DNA of 64,000 nt, taken from the IMG/VR virus record IMGVR_UViG_2718218393_000006, positions 1 through 64,000 of that record. The stretch is one strand, 5' to 3'. Positions 56,018-64,000 of the stretch are shown one piece after another. The notes below the pieces were generated by a model. It was not told where the DNA came from. It did not search any database and worked only from the letters and a program-made list of their open reading frames with translations. The stretch is from a virus (lineage: Duplodnaviria > Caudoviricetes). The position numbers and the translations under genes were made by a program. Each line of letters starts with the position of its first letter. Position 1 is the stretch's first letter.

Positions 56018-59000
56018 CTATCTCCTGTACAACACCGCGCCGTAGCGGATCTGGCCATTTGCGCTGTAACCGCCGATGCTCTCAACTCCGACGGCAACAG
56101 TCTCGCCAGCCGATACATCCAGTACCAGGACCCCGCTACCATTGCTGATCCCCACTGCGCGGCCACGGGCTCGCAGCGTGATGCTGGGAAACGGCGCATC
56201 GCCGAACACTAGCAGGGTGCCTCTGTCTGAGCAGTAGAATGGGAAATTGAAATTCCAACCTGCTGCCTGCCAGCCGCTCAGTGTCACGGTCCTCGTATCG
56301 TTTTTACTGACTGCCTCGCCTCGGATCTGAACGGTGTCGACCATCAGATTACGGATGTATGTCGCGTCTACGCCGTTGGCGTCGACCACGACATTGCCGT
56401 TCTGCGTGATCCGCAGGCTCTCGGTATCGATCTGGCCGACGCTCAACTTCCCTTTGATGTACGCCGCACCGATCCCCGTCATGTCGACCACGACATTTCC
56501 GGCCGCGTCCCTGATCGTCAGTCCCCGGGTGTTGATCTGCGCGGCGTCGATTGAGCCGTCGACAATGACCCGGCGGCCGATGATTGAGCCGTCGGAGATC
56601 ATGTCGCCGGCAATCGCCAGCGCCGGGCGCCCGTTGATGCTGGCGACGATGAACACCTGGCGCGAGCCATTGCCGTCTGGCTGCGACACAACAAACCGGT
56701 CAGCCAGAAAATCCACCGCGCTGCCGTTTTGATCGGTCCTCAAACCTATGCCGGCAATTTTTCCGGAGGCGTTCAGCTTGATGATCTTCTCAGCCATCAC
56801 GCCGTCCACCGTCCGGCCGACCTCCTGCAGGGAGGCCGTGTGGTTGCCGACCGTGGTCTGCATCGTCACAACCTGGTCTGTCAGCGCCGAGTCCGCCGCA
56901 ACGCGGGCTTTGGACTCCTCGATGATGCCGGCGGCGTTGTCTTTTACTTTGGCGGCCAGCAGCGCCCTCTCGTTGGCCTCCTGCGAAATGGCATCACCCA
57001 ACGTCGATAGTTGCCGCTTGGCGAAAGCGTAGTGGTTGCCCTGTGTGCCGCGGATCTCGTCCGCTGTCAGCATCTGCTGCATCTGCGCCTGGATCAGCGA
57101 GTTCACGCTGCCCTGGACGCCAACAGCTTGCTCGATCGGCGTCCGTAGCGACTCTTGAAGCTGCGCAGACGTGAGGCTGTCCTTGAGCTGGTCAAGCAGC
57201 GCCCCGGGATCTTTGACCGTTTGCGCCTGGGCTTGAGCAAAAGCGCTGACATTCCCCCAGGTGTCGTACACGCGCAGCCAGAAGTAATAAGTCACCCCAA
57301 GCTGAAGGCCCTGCCAGCTGAACGTAGAGGTCGGAAAAGCCAAGTCGGCCAACTTGACCGGGCTGGCATCTCCAGAGGTTGTGCTGTAGAAAAGCTCAGC
57401 CCTCGCGATGTCTGGCCGCCCCGCGGGATACGTCCACGCCAGGTCGATCTTCATCGCCCCGCCCACCGCCGTCAGCGTCGGCGCCGGCGGCGGCGTCACC
57501 TGCCCTTGCGTCTGCTGGTTGCCGGCAACAGGGATGCTGACGACGCCGGTTACCGATACCGTCGACACCCGGACATCGTAACTGCCGGGCACCACATCCG
57601 TGATTTCGGCGTGGTTGCTGACCTGATCCGGGAGCACTACCCAGTTTCCGCCATTCTGCCGATAGGTCACCCGATATCCACGTAGGTAAGGGTGCACAAC
57701 CGCCGGCCAGTCCACCAACAGCTTCACCTTTCGGCTACCGTCTGGCGCCAGACTGGGCTGCTCCTGCAGCTGGACAGCCAGGACTGGCGGCATCGCGCCA
57801 GGGTCGGGCAGATTGCTGGTTGGCGCCGGGTCGAAGCGAAGACCAGTCTCGATGGCAGTCCATTTGTTCGCGTCGTACTGCAGGCCCGAGATTTCGAACT
57901 CTCCGTTGTCCACCGACTTGATGGAAACGCAGGTCCATAGGTCTGGCTGCAGGTTGGTCGCGATCAACACCCAGGTGGCGCCGGCGACTGGCTGGGCCGG
58001 ATACTGCGAAACGATGGTCAGGGTATCGGTCGTGCCGGGCGATGCGACAACACCACGGCGAACTGGCACGCCATCGGGGCCGGACACCTCAAGCGTGTAA
58101 GTCACGCCTGATTGAAGCGTTACCGGCGCATCCAATTTGACCACCGTGCCAACGACCGACACCACCCGACCGCCCATCCGCGCGCCGGCCACATGGAAGT
58201 CGGACGTCGCGAACAGATCGCCCGGCTGCAAATCCGCGCAATAGGCCGCAGCCTTGAAAGCCACCATTTCGGTACTGCGCTGCGCAGTCTCCAAGATGTA
58301 CCGGCCGCAGCGTCGCGCCTGGCCGCGCGTAACAGCCCCCATCGCCACCGCGGAGGTCTGCTGCAGCCCATAGGTCAGCAGCCCTTGGCCGTGTTCAGCG
58401 TACTCCACCGCGCGCCGGTAGCGGTCGCTAGGATCCGTCCAGGCCACCGCCGCCGCGGTGAAGCGCCCATTCTTCGGCGTGGACGAATAGGTGAATTTGC
58501 CGTCGATAACATTGGTGGCGTTGAAGTGCTTGACCGGCTGCTTGCCAGGCATATCTGCGACGATCCGAATGCCTCCGGCCGACCAGTATGCCTGGCCGCA
58601 GAAGCTGCTCACGATGTCGGACACGACCTTCCAAGCATCCTGCGTGTCCTGCTGAAAATTGTGGAACTGGAACCGCGGCTCGAACCCGCCGTACCCATCG
58701 GGGACAGACTGGTCGCACCACTGGGCTATCGCATACATCCCCCACCGGTCCATGTTGGCGGCGGGAATGTTGATGCCGAAGCGATTGTCCGTGCAGTAGG
58801 TCCAAAGATACCAGACGGGATTGCTGGTCACCGCCGGCTTGAAGTTGCCATCCCACGGTCCGGTGTACGTGCGCGCGACCGGGTCGTAATTGCTGGGTAC
58901 TTGGCACTTCAGCTGCTGCCACAGCACCGACACTGTGGGCATCCGGCTGAACTGCCGCGCGTCGAACTTCAGCGCTAGCACCGACAGGTTCGGGTAGCGC

Positions 59001-59674
59001 AGCTGCGCGTCGATGATGCTGGTGAAGGATGTGAAGACGGTCTGATTGGCAAGGTACTGCGTCGTGCTGTCGGGCGTGATCCGGCGAACGCGAACCAACC
59101 ACGGGCCAGCGCCGGTCAGCGGCAGCCGAGTGCTGCGCTGATAGTTGGCCGTGGTCTTGTCGGAAATGGTGACAATGGCCGCCTGGGCAAATTTGCCATT
59201 TGTCGGCGCCAGATCGATGGCGTACTGCACCGACGCGCCGCCGGTGTCACCGGTCTTAGAATCGGTGGAGCGCAGGCCGGCGGGCAGCGAGACCGTCACC
59301 CGGATGGCGGTGGCGTTCACATCCGCCACAGTTTGTGTGATCGGATTCGTCGACTTCACCTCCAGGCCCACGCCGATCTCGGTTTCGACAGCCGGGAACC
59401 CCGGAATCGCTGGCTGCGTTTGGGTGCCTGTGCGATACGAAACCTGCATGTTCTGGAAGTTAAACGAACCGTCAGGATTCTGGATCGGCGTGTCGTCCAG
59501 GTAAATGCTTTTCAGCGGATTGGCCGGGTCGGCTGGACCGCCGGTTTCTCCATGGCCCAGCAGCACCATCATGCGGCCGTAGCTGATCGACTGCGCGGTA
59601 TCAGGCGACTCTACCGGGGTGTGCTGGCTGCCTCCGCCGCCGCCCTTGGCGCCAAAGATTGCATCGTCGGACAT
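56018..59674 (-). CDS. Host specificity / central tail tip protein J
   Basis: GAKGGGG...P.ESPD N-terminus, SNPVW motif, FN3-like repeats. Confidence 0.93.
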   Translation of the reverse strand: MSDDAIFGAKGGGGGSQHTPVESPDTAQSISYGRMMVLLGHGETGGPADPANPLKSIYLDDTPIQNPDGSFNFQNMQVSYRTGTQTQPAIPGFPAVETEIGVGLEVKSTNPITQTVADVNATAIRVTVSLPAGLRSTDSKTGDTGGASVQYAIDLAPTNGKFAQAAIVTISDKTTANYQRSTRLPLTGAGPWLVRVRRITPDSTTQYLANQTVFTSFTSIIDAQLRYPNLSVLALKFDARQFSRMPTVSVLWQQLKCQVPSNYDPVARTYTGPWDGNFKPAVTSNPVWYLWTYCTDNRFGINIPAANMDRWGMYAIAQWCDQSVPDGYGGFEPRFQFHNFQQDTQDAWKVVSDIVSSFCGQAYWSAGGIRIVADMPGKQPVKHFNATNVIDGKFTYSSTPKNGRFTAAAVAWTDPSDRYRRAVEYAEHGQGLLTYGLQQTSAVAMGAVTRGQARRCGRYILETAQRSTEMVAFKAAAYCADLQPGDLFATSDFHVAGARMGGRVVSVVGTVVKLDAPVTLQSGVTYTLEVSGPDGVPVRRGVVASPGTTDTLTIVSQYPAQPVAGATWVLIATNLQPDLWTCVSIKSVDNGEFEISGLQYDANKWTAIETGLRFDPAPTSNLPDPGAMPPVLAVQLQEQPSLAPDGSRKVKLLVDWPAVVHPYLRGYRVTYRQNGGNWVVLPDQVSNHAEITDVVPGSYDVRVSTVSVTGVVSIPVAGNQQTQGQVTPPPAPTLTAVGGAMKIDLAWTYPAGRPDIARAELFYSTTSGDASPVKLADLAFPTSTFSWQGLQLGVTYYFWLRVYDTWGNVSAFAQAQAQTVKDPGALLDQLKDSLTSAQLQESLRTPIEQAVGVQGSVNSLIQAQMQQMLTADEIRGTQGNHYAFAKRQLSTLGDAISQEANERALLAAKVKDNAAGIIEESKARVAADSALTDQVVTMQTTVGNHTASLQEVGRTVDGVMAEKIIKLNASGKIAGIGLRTDQNGSAVDFLADRFVVSQPDGNGSRQVFIVASINGRPALAIAGDMISDGSIIGRRVIVDGSIDAAQINTRGLTIRDAAGNVVVDMTGIGAAYIKGKLSVGQIDTESLRITQNGNVVVDANGVDATYIRNLMVDTVQIRGEAVSKNDTRTVTLSGWQAAGWNFNFPFYCSDRGTLLVFGDAPFPSITLRARGRAVGISNGSGVLVLDVSAGETVAVGVESIGGYSANGQIRYGAVLYRR

Positions 59675-59711
59675 TCATGCTCCAAAAACAGAAGAGCCCG
59701 CGCGCAGCGGG

Positions 59712-60323
59712 CTATACAAGTACGGGTGAGTTGGTGGGCAGCGCCCCGGTGCCGATGTCCTCGACGCTGACGCCGGCAGAGATCACCGTGCCGGCAATCA
59801 GCATGGTGCCGGTGCCGATCGGGATCGGCAGACCCTGAGCGCTGGTCTGCTGGGCACCGTTGAACCAGTAGTTCGGCTTGCCGTCCTTGGCCTGCCAGTC
59901 TGGCTGCTTGGGGATGGGGGTGAGCAGCTGGATTGCCCCTCCGATCATCATGCTTGCACCAACGCCATAGCCAGCAGTCACTGCGGCAGCACTCCAACCA
60001 AGAGGGTTCCACCACGCCAGAGCGATAATGGCCGCACCTGCAACAATCCGAAGCCCAGCGCTGGCGCCCACCACTACCGGCATGATGAGGATGTCCCCCT
60101 TGCTCACCAGTACGATCTCGTCTTCCTCTACGTCGCGGCCGGCCACCGTGATGCGGTAGCCAACCGTCTCCGGATCGCTCTCGCGCAAGTGCTGGGCAAA
60201 CCCTGGCCAATTGGCCTCCAGCATCCGTACGGCCTCGCCGACGCTGTCGACATAGGCGGCAAATTCCCTCACGAACTTCTCGCCCAGCTCTCCGCCGAGG
60301 CGGACGGTTCTTTTTTCACTCAT
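59712..60323 (-). CDS. Tail assembly protein I
   Basis: L.G.LG.KF...QG.PIP..G...ISAG. Confidence 0.9.
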   Translation of the reverse strand: MSEKRTVRLGGELGEKFVREFAAYVDSVGEAVRMLEANWPGFAQHLRESDPETVGYRITVAGRDVEEDEIVLVSKGDILIMPVVVGASAGLRIVAGAAIIALAWWNPLGWSAAAVTAGYGVGASMMIGGAIQLLTPIPKQPDWQAKDGKPNYWFNGAQQTSAQGLPIPIGTGTMLIAGTVISAGVSVEDIGTGALPTNSPVLV

Positions 60324-60999
60324 GGCGTGGTCTCACAACGGTTACGGTGCAGCGACGCCACCAGCCGCCATAAATGCCGATCTGGCTTGGCTGGTTGTAG
60401 AGCTGGTGAAGGATCCGGCTGTCGCCGAGATAGACGGCAACGTGGTTGACCACGTTGGCCTCGCACATCATGAAGATCAGATCGCCGCGCTGGATTTCGT
60501 CTGTTACGACGTCCACCGGCGCCGAAGCCAACCAGGCGGCAAACGGATTCTCGCCATGTCGCCAGAAGTCCTCTCTGGCCTCGGCGCGGGGCAGCCTGAT
60601 GCCGGTTTCGCACCGGTGCCAGTCCTGCGCCAGGCTGAAGCAGTCAAACATTCCCCAGCAGAATGGCCGGCCCTCGTAAGGCGCCTGCCAGCCGCCCGGA
60701 TCGGTCAGCGTGTGCTCGCCGTTCGGCCAGCTGACGATGTGCCAGGGCAGTCCGGTCCGCTCGCACATCACACGATCCACAAGCGACGGCTCAGCAGTGT
60801 CGTCGGGGTGGCTGTGCCAGATGCCGACGACTCGGCCCAATTGCTCCGCGGCGGCGTAATCTACCGGGTCGAGCTCGAACTGCGAGCGGGGATCGCCGGC
60901 GATGTTCCTGCACGGGTAGACGCGCCCGGAGTCCAGCAGCACTCCGCAGGCCTCCTGCGGGTGCGCCAGCTCCGCCAGGTGAAGCATTTCGTTGATCAT
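60316..60999 (-). CDS. Tail assembly protein K (JAB + NlpC/P60)
   Basis: PQEACG, WHSHP, FDC, NHVAVY. Confidence 0.92.
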   Translation of the reverse strand: MINEMLHLAELAHPQEACGVLLDSGRVYPCRNIAGDPRSQFELDPVDYAAAEQLGRVVGIWHSHPDDTAEPSLVDRVMCERTGLPWHIVSWPNGEHTLTDPGGWQAPYEGRPFCWGMFDCFSLAQDWHRCETGIRLPRAEAREDFWRHGENPFAAWLASAPVDVVTDEIQRGDLIFMMCEANVVNHVAVYLGDSRILHQLYNQPSQIGIYGGWWRRCTVTVVRPRHE

Positions 61000-61057
61000 C
61001 AGGGTTCCAGGAACGAAGAAACCCGCCGAAGCGGGTTGTTGGTTGTATTGAGGTCGT

Positions 61058-61756
61058 TCAGCCGTAGCGACGCAGCCCCAGCAGCCCGGGGAAGTTGGTC
61101 TGGTTCCCACGGCACTGGCAGTCGCTATAGCGCTTGCCGCACGCATCCTTGTTGGTATCACTCGTCGGCTTGCCGTCGACGTCGAACATGGCCGCGCTGG
61201 CATAGCCGCACGCCGCGCTCCGATACTGTGTCTGAGCAGGGCAATAGACGCTGGCCATTGTGTTTGGAACCGTCTTGCCCTCCAGATCCAGCGCGCTCAC
61301 CAGCTCAAACTGCAGAACCGTGCCGTCATCCTGGGTACGCCGGTTCACGAACCAGATTTCCTGCTGGTGGAACTCGGGCGAGCCCGCCAGCGCGCCGCCG
61401 TCCAGGAACTTGGCGTAGGTGACCATGCGCGTCACCCTCCAACCGGCCAGGCCTTTGAACTGACGCACCAGCTGGGTGAAGATGCCGTAGATCGGGCCAT
61501 TGGCGCCCATCACCGCGTTCGCAATGGACAGTGTGGGCCGCGGCGCGCTGCCCTGGACGGACTTTTCGAATCCCTCGGCCTGGATTGCCCAGGGCTGATA
61601 CTGCTGCCCCATGAAGCTGATCGGGTTGGTGCTGGCGTCTGTGCCGGCCGGCGTGAAGTACTGCGTCGGGTACTGCGTGCCTGGCGGCGGGGCCAATTGA
61701 AAAAGCTCCACCCTTGCATCAAGGGTGAAGCCTTGGACGTCTTGCTGGATTTGCAT
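61058..61756 (-). CDS. Minor tail protein L
   Basis: Y.PW.I...GFE; C-terminal four-Cys pattern. Confidence 0.9.
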   Translation of the reverse strand: MQIQQDVQGFTLDARVELFQLAPPPGTQYPTQYFTPAGTDASTNPISFMGQQYQPWAIQAEGFEKSVQGSAPRPTLSIANAVMGANGPIYGIFTQLVRQFKGLAGWRVTRMVTYAKFLDGGALAGSPEFHQQEIWFVNRRTQDDGTVLQFELVSALDLEGKTVPNTMASVYCPAQTQYRSAACGYASAAMFDVDGKPTSDTNKDACGKRYSDCQCRGNQTNFPGLLGLRRYG

Positions 61757-61770
61757 ATTAAAACTCTAGG

Positions 61771-62442
61771 TTATTTACTAGCAGACGCTGCTGCCAGAGC
61801 AGGTGCAGATGCATCAGTCTTTTTTTTAGGATCGGCCCCATTGACTGGCTTATGGTTGTCAACTGGCAAATCAGCAACCTTCTGAAGGAGATCCGAATCA
61901 ACTTTGGAAGAACCCATTGCGCAGTCTGCCGCCATCATTATTGATCCGAATACAATTTTCTTATTCGAGTCCGCACCGGCACTCTCGCTTTCTTTAAGAA
62001 TGACCGAAACATCTTGCACATACGCCTGATTGACCGCACTCATTCTTTTGTAAGACAAAATGCTTGAAAAAGTTTTATCCATTGTGCCCTGTATACCATT
62101 TGCTGCTCCAGACATTCCAGCCCAACCTTTTGCAGCAGTCCCCTTTGCGACCACAGACAACACTGAGCCAGAAAGAACACCCACCGACCCGACTAAAAGC
62201 TTAGAGCCATCATCAAGCGCGCCGCCAGCTTCATAGTAATTCAAAACCTGTCGACAGAATGTAGTTGCCTTAATATAAGTGGAAATCGCATCTTCAGATG
62301 TGCAGAACTCAGAATTTTTCTTCAAACAAGGGAAATTGTTTTCATCTTGCCAAGGCCATTGCGCACGAAACGCAACACAGCCAGACTCCAAAACAAGAAT
62401 AGCACTCAAAAAAGCCAATTTAGCCGCATCCATATCATCCAC
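61771..62442 (-). CDS. AT-rich moron, putative lipoprotein with a Gly-rich hydrophobic hairpin
   Basis: LESGC lipobox-like; inserted between M and L. Confidence 0.65.
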   Translation of the reverse strand: MDDMDAAKLAFLSAILVLESGCVAFRAQWPWQDENNFPCLKKNSEFCTSEDAISTYIKATTFCRQVLNYYEAGGALDDGSKLLVGSVGVLSGSVLSVVAKGTAAKGWAGMSGAANGIQGTMDKTFSSILSYKRMSAVNQAYVQDVSVILKESESAGADSNKKIVFGSIMMAADCAMGSSKVDSDLLQKVADLPVDNHKPVNGADPKKKTDASAPALAAASASK

Positions 62443-62564
62443 CTAACCGATTCACTTTTTCTATTTAGCTCCTTATTCCCAGGAATATTATTAGAGGTAT
62501 TACTTACCAATCAAAATTCCAACATCATTTTCATCAACGTTTAATATCCCACTCCTCTTTAAAT

Positions 62565-62909
62565 CTAATTTGCATCAAAAACTTGCTCGAAAATACAAAT
62601 GAGACTAACTACGCCCATCACTGGATCCGTACGTTTCCAAGGCTTCTGGCAAACAACTTTGACCTTATTGCCATCCGCCCCCGTGAACCAGAACCAGGAC
62701 ACGCCGCGTTGTTTTGTCAGAAAAACATCAATCGCAGCAATTTCAACCGGTGACCGGTTGTTGAAAGCCAATGTGAATGTGTCGGCCAGATTGTTGATCC
62801 CGGCCGGCGCCCGCTGGCTGTAGCCATCACCAAACTTGGAAACCGTCACCGCTGGCGCGGTTTCGGTCTCCATGTTCACGGATGGCGTCCAAGTGAATGT
62901 ATCCGCCAC
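62565..62909 (-). CDS. Minor tail protein M
   Basis: TFTW.P, FGDGYSQR..GIN, FEQV. Confidence 0.9.
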   Translation of the reverse strand: MADTFTWTPSVNMETETAPAVTVSKFGDGYSQRAPAGINNLADTFTLAFNNRSPVEIAAIDVFLTKQRGVSWFWFTGADGNKVKVVCQKPWKRTDPVMGVVSLICIFEQVFDAN

Positions 62910-64000
62910 TATGCGTTCCTCGCGCCGTAAAGCATGCCGCCCTGCCGCAACTCTGCGGCGATGCCCTGTTTCACCATGGCCTTCATTGCCTCGGCCATGC
63001 CAGCCATCATCGCGCTGCCCTGGGCATCCCCTTGCGTCTGCTTGCCGCCGGCATCTTGATAAATCACCGTCTGGTTGATCACCACGTCGCCACCGCCTGC
63101 GCCTCCGGACGCTCGCACGCCCAGCCGACCATCAGCGCCGCGCGTCAGTGGCATTACTGCCTCCGGCCCGGCCTCGCCCAATACTCCCAGCCCTCCGGCA
63201 TGCGCGAACCCGGTAGGCCTGTCGAACACGCCTCCATTTGCGAAGAACTGCACGCCGCGCGACCATGCCCCACCATCTGCCTGCGCGGTCCATGTCGGAG
63301 TGCCGACCTCCACCGGCGCCGCCGCCTGGGTCGGCACCATGCCGGAAATGAAGCCCACCGCCTGCGTTAACAGGCCGGCAGCAGCCTTCGCCACCATGAT
63401 CTTCTCGATCTCCTGCAGGATCGCCGCGGCGAAGCTCTTCCAGCCAAGCTTGCCGGTCTCGAAGAATTGGGTGAGCGTGGACTCCATGCTGTGCGTCATG
63501 GAATTGAAGACTCCGCTGGCAGCGCGCGCATTGTTGTTGGCAATGTCCTGATACGATGCCCAGGCATCCGCCCAGCCAGTGGACCACCGCTGCTGAAGCT
63601 CAATCTCTTGCTGGATGGCCGGGATTTCCTGCTCCCGCCGGACTTTTGCCCCCTGGCGCAGTTGCTCAACGACTTGCGGGTATTGGGCGATAAACTCCTG
63701 GTCCGTCAGGTTGACCTTGCTGGCCGCGGTGGAGATGGCGGCCCGCAGATCCTGCTCGATCTTCAGCTGCGCAGCGTAGAGTTTGCGTGCCTGCGTCGAT
63801 GCGCCGACCAGATCACGCTCTTGCTGCAACTGAGCCAGTTGCTGAGCGGTGGCACCGCGCCACTTGTTGCCAGCATCCAGCGCGGACTTGCTCGCCAGTT
63901 CCTGGTTGTGAGCGGCCAGCCGATCCTCCATGTACTTGCGCTGCAACGGGATCACCTGCTGGTACTCGGCAATCGCGTTCTTGATCTGGCCGTCGCTCAT
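62909..64000 (-). CDS. Tape measure protein H (C-terminal part; 5' end beyond the window)
   Basis: FANGGV..PT, GEAGPEAVMPL, RQGGML. Confidence 0.9.
   Translation of the reverse strand: MSDGQIKNAIAEYQQVIPLQRKYMEDRLAAHNQELASKSALDAGNKWRGATAQQLAQLQQERDLVGASTQARKLYAAQLKIEQDLRAAISTAASKVNLTDQEFIAQYPQVVEQLRQGAKVRREQEIPAIQQEIELQQRWSTGWADAWASYQDIANNNARAASGVFNSMTHSMESTLTQFFETGKLGWKSFAAAILQEIEKIMVAKAAAGLLTQAVGFISGMVPTQAAAPVEVGTPTWTAQADGGAWSRGVQFFANGGVFDRPTGFAHAGGLGVLGEAGPEAVMPLTRGADGRLGVRASGGAGGGDVVINQTVIYQDAGGKQTQGDAQGSAMMAGMAEAMKAMVKQGIAAELRQGGMLYGARNA

Larger units (their letters stand above)
47382..64000 (-). mobile_element. Prophage 2: lambda-like siphovirus, continuing beyond the window
   Basis: H-M-L-K-I-J tail genes, lysis cassette and accessory genes up to the tRNA remnant. 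Confidence 0.85.

Overview
The window is entirely prophage DNA from a GC-rich host (a betaproteobacterium such as Chromobacterium is an inference, not shown). It holds two adjacent prophages separated by the 3' half of a tRNA-Ser(UGA) at 47324-47381. Prophage 1 (<1-47381) is a non-transposable myovirus with a Mu-type contractile tail. It has a fused protease-scaffold-capsid gene, a primase/helicase, and three intact tyrosine recombinases. Its regulation is unusually rich: Cro, two tandem XRE repressors that differ mainly in the recognition helix, a LuxR solo, an RsaL-like HTH, a c4-antisense-RNA-controlled antirepressor and a Mor/C-like activator. Three largely AT-rich accessory islands each sit directly upstream of a shared late-promoter-like motif (CCCCTTATCCCRCC). 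The largest island is a stack of cassettes that includes a duplicated copy of the tail-tube 3' end plus its terminator. The islands carry a SIR2 + membrane protein pair, three coiled-coil/2TM proteins and an unannotated 19-aa hydrophobic peptide. Prophage 2 (47382->64000) is a lambda-like siphovirus (H, M, L, K, I, J, fibre, lysis). Its left end carries plasmid-like cargo: ParA plus partner, an 8-bp repeat array, WGR, a secreted PLD nuclease, umuDC and SRAP. All family calls come from reading motifs by eye; no database searches were run.
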